In this document: in pieces, positions 54,701 to 64,000 of the stretch
How positions within the stretch are numbered: the stretch's first letter is position 1
Layout: every line of letters begins with the position of its first letter
Assembly: GCA_002269645.1 (NCBI GenBank)
Contig: NIVC01000667.1
Location: 310,001-374,000 of the forward strand
Source of the DNA: Macrostomum lignano
Taxonomy: Eukaryota
Length of the DNA stretch: 64,000 nt
Direction: 5' to 3'
The notes under the pieces: generated by a model
What the model was told of the DNA's origin: nothing
Databases searched by the model: none
Seen by the model: only the letters and a program-made list of their open reading frames with translations
Position numbers and translations under genes: made by a program

Positions 54701-57700
54701 TTAGTAAGTTCCAATAAAGTCAGACACGCCCAAATACAACACGGCTGCCACCATCAGGCAGATGCCGATGACCAGACAGATCCAGAACATGCAGACCTCC
54801 CAAGGCAGTTTGTCCAGATTTTTTAACACCGGAATGCCAACCAGGAAGCCGAATATTAGACCGCCCGCGTGAGCCAGAAAGCTGACTCGTGTATCCTCGT
54901 TCAAGCCGTAGCGTTGGTAGAGAGCGACGCCGAAGTCCAGCGCCAGCAGCAGCAGAAGGAACACCAGACGCATCACTCCGCTGAGCAGGAATTGGGCAAC
55001 GCTGCCGATTCCGCCGCCTTCAATTGACGGCTGTCGGCATTTCAGCCACTCGTGCTGCGTCTCTTTCCAGTTCATCACCACCAGGGCGATGTGCGCGCCC
55101 ATCAGCGCGTAGCAGCCGCCGCTAGCACCCACTAAGGCCGTTGTGTGGTCGAACACCGCCGAGCATACCGAACCGCCTGTTGCATAGGGCGCGATACGGT
55201 AGGACTCGTGAACTTGATAGACATGGACTATTACTACTTTTAAACATTACTGCTAGACAATAGCCGAATCTGTTAGACAAGAACTGAGGAACCCGCTAGA
55301 CAGGAGCTGAACCTATTAGACAGGAGCTGAACCCGCTAGACAGGAGCTGAACCTATTAGACAGGAGCTGAACCTATTAGACAGGAGCTGAACCCGCTAGA
55401 CAGGAGCTGAACCTGTTAAACAGGAGCTGAACCTATTAGACAGGAGCTGAACCTGTTAGACAGGAGCTGAACGCGCTAGACAGGAGCTGAACCTGTTAGA
55501 CAGGAGCTGAACCTATTAGACAGGAGCTGAACCTATTAGACAGGAGCTGAACCCGCTAGACAGGAGCTGAACCTATTAGACAGGAGCTGAACCTATTAGA
55601 CAGGAGCTGAACCCGCTAGACAGGAGCTGAACCTGTTAAACAGGAGCTGAACCTATTAGACAGGAGCTGAACCTGTTAGACAGGAGCTGAACGCGCTAGA
55701 CAGGAGCTGAACCTGTTAGACAGGAGCTGAACGCGCTAGACAGGAGCTGAACCTGTTAGACAGGAGCTGAACCTATTAGACAGGAGCTGAACCTATTAGA
55801 CAGGAGCTGAACCCGCTAGACAGGAGCTGAACCTATTAGACAGGAGCTGAACCTATTAGACAGGAGCTGAACCCGCTAGACAGGAGCTGAACCTGTTAGA
55901 CAGGAGCTGAACCTATTAGACACGAGCTGAACCTATTAGACAGGAGCTGAACCTATTAGACAGGAGCTGAACCCGCTAGACAGGAGCTGAACCTATTAGA
56001 CAGGAGCTGAACCTATTAGACAGGAGCTGAACCTATTAGACAGGAGCTGAACCTATTAGACAGGAGCTGAACCTATTAGACAGGAGCTGAACCCGCTAGA
56101 CAGGAGCTGAACCTGTTAGACAGGAGCTGAACCTATTGGACAGGAGCTGAACCTATTAGACAGGAGCTGAACCCGCTAGACAGGAGCTCAGGAGCTGAAT
56201 TTTTAAGGCAGAAGAAATGCAAAGATCAGAGAAGACTAAATCATTAGAAATCGGAAACTTCTATTGTTAGGCAAGGGACCTCGGCTTTTTTTCACACAAA
56301 AGGTCTCGATTCTTAAAAAACATCCAGCATATACTATATAGAAACGAGTCAGATGGATATTTAGGTTAGCAACAGTGACTCAACTTCTCACCCAATACAC
56401 CAGCCATATAGGTGGGCCCTACGCGCCAAGCTTTGTGCACCAACTCTAGCGGTACGCCCAGCAGAAGTTGAATAGCCAAGTTAAACAATATATGATGATA
56501 GCCGCAGTGTAGAAGCATGTAGCTTATAAATCGCCAAGCCTCTTTCTTCTTTTGCGGACTGAAGAGTAGCGGAGAATAGTAGGGAAGACCGGTTGCCCAA
56601 CCAACACGGTTGTTCACGTCTGGTCCATTGTTCAGTTCCACTGCGTAGACTATAAAGCAGATTATCTGGGCGATTGTGGGTACGGGTTTTATTACGAGAC
56701 TGTAGCTCGCTAACAGGAAATCCTGGGAGCCTCAGGGTCGTCAGTGATGATACTAACAGGACAGCACTGCATGTGAAAGCTACAGGGTCGTCAGTGATGA
56801 TACTAACAGGACAGCACTGCATGGAAAAGCTACAGGGTCGTCAGTGATGATACTAACAGGACAGCACTGCATGGGAAAGCTACAGGGTCGTCAGTGATGA
56901 TACTAACAGGACAGCACTGCATGGAAAAGCTACAGGGTCGTCAGTGATGATACTAACAGGACAGCACTGCATGGAAAAGCTACAGGGTCGTCAGTGATGA
57001 TACTAACAGGACAGCACTGCATGGAAAAGCTACAGGGTCGTCAGTGATGATACTAACAGGACAGCACTGCATGGAAAAGCTACAGGGTCGTCAGTGATGA
57101 TACTAACAGGACAGCACTGCATGGAAAAGCTACAGGGTCGTCAGTGATGATACTAACAGGACAGCACTGCATGGAAAAGCTACAGGGTCGTCAGTGATGA
57201 TACTAACAGGACAGCACTGCATGGGAAAGCTACAGGGTCGTCAGTGATGATACTAACAGGACAGCACTGCATGGAAAAGCTACAGGGTCGTCAGTGATGA
57301 TACTAACAGGACAGCACTGCATGGAAAAGCTACAGGGTCGTCAGTGATGATACTAACAGGACAACACTGCATGGAAAAGCTACAGGGTCTTCAGTGATGA
57401 TACTAACAGGACAGCACTGCATGGGAAAGCTACAGGGTCTTCAGTGATGATACTAACAGGACAGCACTGCATGGGAAAGCTACAGGGTCGTCAGTGATGA
57501 TACTAACAGGACAGCACTGCATGGAAAAGCTACAGGGTCGTCAGTGATGATACTAACAGGACAGCACTGCATGGAAAAGCTACAGGGTCGTCAGTGATGA
57601 TACTAACAGGACAGCACTGCATAGAAAAGCTACAGGGTCGTCAGTGATGATACTAACAGGACAGCACTGCATGGGAAAGCTACAGGGTCGTCAGTGATGA

Positions 57701-60700
57701 TACTAACAGGACAGCACTGCATGGAAAAGCTACAGGGTCGTCAGTGATGATACTAACAGGACAGCACTGCATGGAAAAGCTACAGGGTCGTCAGTGATGA
57801 TACTAACAGGACAGCACTGCATGGAAAAGCTACAGGGTCGTCAGTGATGATACTAACAGGCGGCACTGCATGGAAAAGCTACAGGGTCGTCAGTGATGAT
57901 ACTAACAGGACAGCACTGCATGGAAAAGCTACAGGGTCGTCAGTGATGATACTAACAGGACAGCACTGTATGGAAAAGCTACAGGGTCGTCAGTGATGAT
58001 ACTAACAGGACAGCACTGCATGGAAAAGCTACAGGGTCGTCAGTGATGATACTAACAGGACAGCACTGCATGGGAAAGCTACAGGGTCGTCAGTGATGAT
58101 ACTAACAGGACAGCACTGCATGGGAAAGCTACAGGGTCGTCAGTGATGATACTAACAGGACAGCACTGCATGGAAAAGCTACAGGGTCGTCAGTGATGAT
58201 ACTAACAGGACAGCACTGCATGGAAAAGCTACAGGGTCGTCAGTGATGATACTAACAGGACAGCACTGCATGGAAAAGCTACAGGGTCGTCAGTGATGAT
58301 ACTAACAGGACAGCACTGCATGGGAAAGCTACAGGGTCGTCAGTGATGATACTAACAGGACAGCACTGCATGGAAAAGCTACAGGGTCGTCAGTGATGAT
58401 ACTAACAGGACAGCACTGCATGGAAAAGCTACAGGGTCGTCAGTGATGATACTAACAGGACAACACTGCATGGAAAAGCTACAGGGTCGTCAGTGATGAT
58501 ACTAACAGGACAACACTGCATGGGAAAGCTACAGGGTCTTCAGTGATGATACTAACAGGACAGCACTGCATGGGAAAGCTACAGGGTCGTCAGTGATGAT
58601 ACTAACAGGACAGCACTGCATGGGAAAGCTACAGGGTCGTCAGTGATGATACTAACAGGACAGCACTGCATGGAAAAGCTACAGGGTCGTCAGTGATGAT
58701 ACTAACAGGACAGCACTGCATGGGAAAGCTACAGGGTCGTCAGTGATGATACTAACAGGACAGCACTGCATGGGAAAGCTACAGGGTCGTCAGTGATGAT
58801 ACTAACAGGACAGCACTGCATGGAAAAGCTACAGGGTCGTCAGTGATGATACTAACAGGACAGCACTGCATGGGAAAGCTACAGGGTCGTCAGTGATGAT
58901 ACTAACAGGACAGCACTGCATGGAAAAGCTACAGGGTCGTCAGTGATGATACTAACAGGACAGCACTGCATGGGAAAGCTACAGGGTCGTCAGTGATGAT
59001 ACTAACAGGACAGCACTGCATGGAAAAGCTACAGGGTCGTCAGTGATGATACTAACAGGACAGCACTGCATGGAAAAGCTACAGGGTTGTCAGTGATGAT
59101 ACTAACAGGACAGCACTGCATGGAAAAGCTACAGGGTCGTCAGTGATGATACTAACAGGACAGCACTGCATGGAAAAGCTACAGGGTCGTCAGTGATGAT
59201 ACTAACAGGACAGCACTGCATGGGAAAGCTACAGGGTCGTCAGTGATGATACTAACAGGACAGCACTGCATGGAAAAGCTACAGGGTCGTCAGTGATGAT
59301 ACTAACAGGACAGCACTGCATGGAAAAGCTACAGGGTCGTCAGTGATGATACTAACAGGACAGCACTGCATGGGAAAGCTACAGGGTCGTCAGTGATGAT
59401 ACTAACAGGACAGCACTGCATGGGAAAGCTACAGGGTCGTCAGTGATGATACTAACAGGACAGCACTGCATGGGAAAGCTACAGGGTCGTCAGTGATGAT
59501 ACTAACAGGACAGCACTGCATGGAAAAGCTACAGGGTCGTCAGTGATGATACTAACAGGACAGCACTGCATGGAAAAGCTACAGGGTCGTCAGTGATGAT
59601 ACTAACAGGACAGCACTGCATGGAAAAGCTACAGGGTCGTCAGTGATGATACTAACAGGACAGCACTGCATGGAAAAGCTACAGGGTCGTCAGTGATGAT
59701 ACTAACAGGACAGCACTGCATGGAAAAGCTACAGGGTCTTCAGTGATGATACTAACAGGACAGCACTGCATGGAAAAGCTACAGGGTCGTCAGTGATGAT
59801 ACTAACAGGACAACACTGCATGGGAAAGCTACAGGGTCGTCAGTGATGATACTAACAGGACAGCACTGCATGGAAAAGCTACAGGGTCGTCAGTGATGAT
59901 ACTAACAGGACAGCACTGCATGGAAAAGCTACAGGGTCGTCAGTGATGATACTAACAGGCGGCACTGCATGGAAAAGCTACAGGGTCGTCAGTGATGATA
60001 CTAACAGGACAGCACTGCATGGAAAAGCTACAGGGTCGTCAGTGATGATACTAACAGGACAGCACTGTATGGAAAAGCTACAGGGTCGTCAGTGATGATA
60101 CTAACAGGACAGCACTGCATGGAAAAGCTACAGGGTCGTCAGTGATGATACTAACAGGACAGCACTGCATGGGAAAGCTACAGGGTCGTCAGTGATGATA
60201 CTAACAGGACAGCACTGCATGGGAAAGCTACAGGGTCGTCAGTGATGATACTAACAGGACAGCACTGCATGGAAAAGCTACAGGGTCGTCAGTGATGATA
60301 CTAACAGGACAGCACTGCATGGAAAAGCTACAGGGTCGTCAGTGATGATACTAACAGGACAGCACTGCATGGAAAAGCTACAGGGTCGTCAGTGATGATA
60401 CTAACAGGACAGCACTGCATGGGAAAGCTACAGGGTCGTCAGTGATGATACTAACAGGACAGCACTGCATGGAAAAGCTACAGGGTCGTCAGTGATGATA
60501 CTAACAGGACAGCACTGCATGGAAAAGCTACAGGGTCGTCAGTGATGATACTAACAGGACAACACTGCATGGAAAAGCTACAGGGTCGTCAGTGATGATA
60601 CTAACAGGACAACACTGCATGGGAAAGCTACAGGGTCTTCAGTGATGATACTAACAGGACAGCACTGCATGGGAAAGCTACAGGGTCGTCAGTGATGATA

Positions 60701-63616
60701 CTAACAGGACAGCACTGCATGGGAAAGCTACAGGGTCGTCAGTGATGATACTAACAGGACAGCACTGCATGGAAAAGCTACAGGGTCGTCAGTGATGATA
60801 CTAACAGGACAGCACTGCATGGGAAAGCTACAGGGTCGTCAGTGATGATACTAACAGGACAGCACTGCATGGGAAAGCTACAGGGTCGTCAGTGATGATA
60901 CTAACAGGACAGCACTGCATGGAAAAGCTACAGGGTCGTCAGTGATGATACTAACAGGACAGCACTGCATGGGAAAGCTACAGGGTCGTCAGTGATGATA
61001 CTAACAGGACAGCACTGCATGGAAAAGCTACAGGGTCGTCAGTGATGATACTAACAGGACAGCACTGCATGGGAAAGCTACAGGGTCGTCAGTGATGATA
61101 CTAACAGGACAGCACTGCATGGAAAAGCTACAGGGTCGTCAGTGATGATACTAACAGGACAGCACTGCATGGAAAAGCTACAGGGTTGTCAGTGATGATA
61201 CTAACAGGACAGCACTGCATGGAAAAGCTACAGGGTCGTCAGTGATGATACTAACAGGACAGCACTGCATGGAAAAGCTACAGGGTCGTCAGTGATGATA
61301 CTAACAGGACAGCACTGCATGGGAAAGCTACAGGGTCGTCAGTGATGATACTAACAGGACAGCACTGCATGGAAAAGCTACAGGGTCGTCAGTGATGATA
61401 CTAACAGGACAGCACTGCATGGAAAAGCTACAGGGTCGTCAGTGATGATACTAACAGGACAGCACTGCATGGGAAAGCTACAGGGTCGTCAGTGATGATA
61501 CTAACAGGACAGCACTGCATGGGAAAGCTACAGGGTCGTCAGTGATGATACTAACAGGACAGCACTGCATGGGAAAGCTACAGGGTCGTCAGTGATGATA
61601 CTAACAGGACAGCACTGCATGGAAAAGCTACAGGGTCGTCAGTGATGATACTAACAGGACAGCACTGCATGGAAAAGCTACAGGGTCGTCAGTGATGATA
61701 CTAACAGGACAGCACTGCATGGAAAAGCTACAGGGTCGTCAGTGATGATACTAACAGGACAGCACTGCATGGAAAAGCTACAGGGTCGTCAGTGATGATA
61801 CTAACAGGACAGCACTGCATGGAAAAGCTACAGGGTCTTCAGTGATGATACTAACAGGACAGCACTGCATGGAAAAGCTACAGGGTCGTCAGTGATGATA
61901 CTAACAGGACAACACTGCATGGGAAAGCTACAGGGTCGTCAGTGATGATACTAACAGGACAGCACTGCATGGAAAAGCTACAGGGTCGTCAGTGATGATA
62001 CTAACAGGACAGCACTGCATGGAAAAGCTACAGGGTCGTCAGTGATGATACTAACAGGACAGCACTGCATGGAAAAGCTACAGGGTCGTCAGTGATGATA
62101 CTAACAGGACAGCACTGCATGGGAAAGCTACAGGGTCGTCAGCTAATACTGACAGGTCGTTAGTAAAAGGTTTCTAATATACGAGCGGACTGGTAGCTCA
62201 TTATCCACTGTCAGAATAGCTTACGAAGTACCTGAGCAAGGCAACAAACAGGAATAAAGATAGACGGCGGTCTGCAGTTGTAAGCTTCCAGATATGATTC
62301 GTAGTCTGTCTCCTTCTCAGCACCGTCCAGTTGATCTACGCCAGTCCACCTGAAAATTTGTTTTTGTTCGTAACGCTCAACGGCTGGCACGGCTGCTCGA
62401 ATTAATTCCACTAGAAATAGCTGCGTGCGGCTGAGGTCTTTTCGCCGGGTGATGGTTAACTGCATTTGTTATTTGGTTATGGGAGAAAGTATTGGTTATG
62501 TAGATATTTGATAAGCACGGTCAGAACGCATTTTATACGAGCTATTCCATAAAGTCGATAGCTAGTTTAGGCTACAAGGGTCCGTTAATGTTTAAATAGA
62601 TAAGAGACGTCTGCAGTGGCCCTCACAGGCTTCTCTAAGCTGCATGTACAATAGATGGATTACTTAGTTACTGGGGTTTGTGCAAAGTGCACAGAAAGCA
62701 CGTAGCCTAATATTATTAAATTGAAGTAAAACGTCACAGTCACAGAAACCAACTCAGTGTGACACTGACTAAATTAAATTATTTTAGTACGATGTATGAC
62801 TTGTCTTAACTGAAAGACAAAATATATGGCTCGTATATGAAACTACATGTAATTAAAAAAACCTGTCCTTATTGGTCACATCGATATTCGCTGTTACCGA
62901 GTTTTGATTAACATTTTTTAATAAAAACGCAAAAAACTATCGTGATTTCTTTGGTTATCCATCAGTATTCATGGATATCATGGCCTCCGTTTTTCATTAA
63001 AGTTATTCAACGTTTTGCAAAGGTTTACTTCGAAGCCAGTATAGATAGAGTTCTCCAAAATGTACTTTTTGCATTGAAAACAGCATGAATCGTACAGAAA
63101 CCACACTACAGCAAAGGATTCTCGGGTAAAGTTCAACGCGTGGCGACGAAAAGCTTGTCACCTTGAATATAAGGTTATCGTGTAATAATTTAAAGCAAAA
63201 TATTCGCGCAAAAGACAAACCTTGGAGAAGAACTCCTTCCAGGACACTCTGCCATCCGGATTGGCATTCATGTCGGTCATCAGTCGGCTGAGTTTCCTCT
63301 GGTGAAGTCGGTCAGCATTTTGGTCAGTACAAAGTATTTCCACAAGCTGTCGAGTTGGAATGCCACCTTCGGCTTCGTGCTGATCAAAGTAATGTTGAAA
63401 GTAGCTCTCGAGCCACAGTCGGTAATCTTCTTCGCTTCGAATTCGGATTGGGCTTGTCGGCTGTCTAGCGTTGTCAAATTCGTTCTGATCGCTTGTCAGC
63501 GGGGGTGGCGGCGGCGCAGCCTTTCTGATCGTTCTGTGCGGCGGTATGTCGTAGCCAGGCTCAGGTGCGGACACAGTTACGCTGTTAACGCCGCTACTTT
63601 CCGAGTAATTCTCCAT
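54701..63616 (-). CDS. Rhomboid intramembrane serine protease with N-terminal EF-hand-like region (RHBDL/Rhomboid-4-like), about 457 aa
   Basis: Exons 63616-63221, 62459-62232, 56665-56392, 55176-54701 (1374 nt, GT-AG). EAWRFISYMLLH, HILFN, GVPLELVH, catalytic GASGG and AHAGG; MNANPDGRVSWKEF is EF-hand-like. The start Met is inferred. Confidence 0.93.
55290..56195. repeat. 20-bp minisatellite (GACAGGAGCTGAACCTATTA) in rhomboid intron 3
   Basis: About 45 units. Confidence 0.97.
56733..62142. repeat. 50-bp minisatellite (CAGGGTCGTCAGTGATGATACTAACAGGACAGCACTGCATGGAAAAGCTA) in rhomboid intron 2
   Basis: About 108 highly homogeneous units, with a 2099-bp internal duplication. Confidence 0.98.
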
Positions 63617-64000
63617 GCCCCGATCAGTCAGGGCGATGTTTTCCTGATCCAGCAAGTCGAGTTTAATCGGACACACCTTTATACACAAATTAACAAACGA
63701 CGAGAATGCAATTGCGCGCTTGCAGCGCAAATCCGTTCTGAGCGCTAAAATTTTATATTTTCGATCTTCGAGGACTGTCCAATTACTGTTCCCTGATAAT
63801 AGACTCGTGTGTACGCAATTTCTGTTAGACATTTATGCAAGCCAAGCGCGAAGGAGAGGAAGAGAACGAGCAAGTGTGCAGTCTCTCATTCTTAGAGTTA
63901 GAAGAGTTGGCAGTATGTTACTGGAGAGCAAGTACGATAATAAAGAATAATAAAACTAGCGTTGCTGCCTTTCCGGAGAGACGAAATTTGCGAAAGCAAA

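Noticed and set aside
56733-62142. CRISPR array
   Set aside because: Units are contiguous and near-identical with no unique spacers, there are no cas genes, and the array lies in a eukaryotic intron.
63617-63832. 72-aa N-terminal extension of the rhomboid ORF
   Set aside because: AT-rich and unlike coding sequence; it contains splice-like signals, so ATG 63616 is preferred.

Overview
Eukaryotic (animal) genomic DNA with GC-rich spliced exons, AT-rich intergenic DNA and very dense tandem repeats. This style suggests a free-living flatworm such as Macrostomum (inference only). Eight protein-coding genes can be spliced together by hand: a CPEB2/3/4-Orb2-type gene (5' coding exon only, minus), UFC1 (+), a GT32 DXD glycosyltransferase (minus), UXS1 (+, with a GC-AG intron), TMEM94 (+, 12 coding exons), a divergent GT31-like gene (minus), a DUF21-CBS/CNNM-family gene (minus) and an EF-hand rhomboid protease (minus). 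About 22 of 26 introns carry their own minisatellite or microsatellite, often filling most of the intron; all 11 TMEM94 introns do. Several repeat units carry sense-strand RNA-processing signals (splice-site cassettes, AATAAA). Mobile elements include a tRNA-derived CORE-SINE, three or four hAT-like MITEs with 8-bp TSDs, two GGG...CCC foldback elements built from 16-bp subunits that resemble the CPEB intron satellite unit, and a probable Helitron 3' end. Most long ORFs in the supplied track are repeat artefacts. All exon coordinates and homology calls were made by eye from remembered family sequences; no searches were run.
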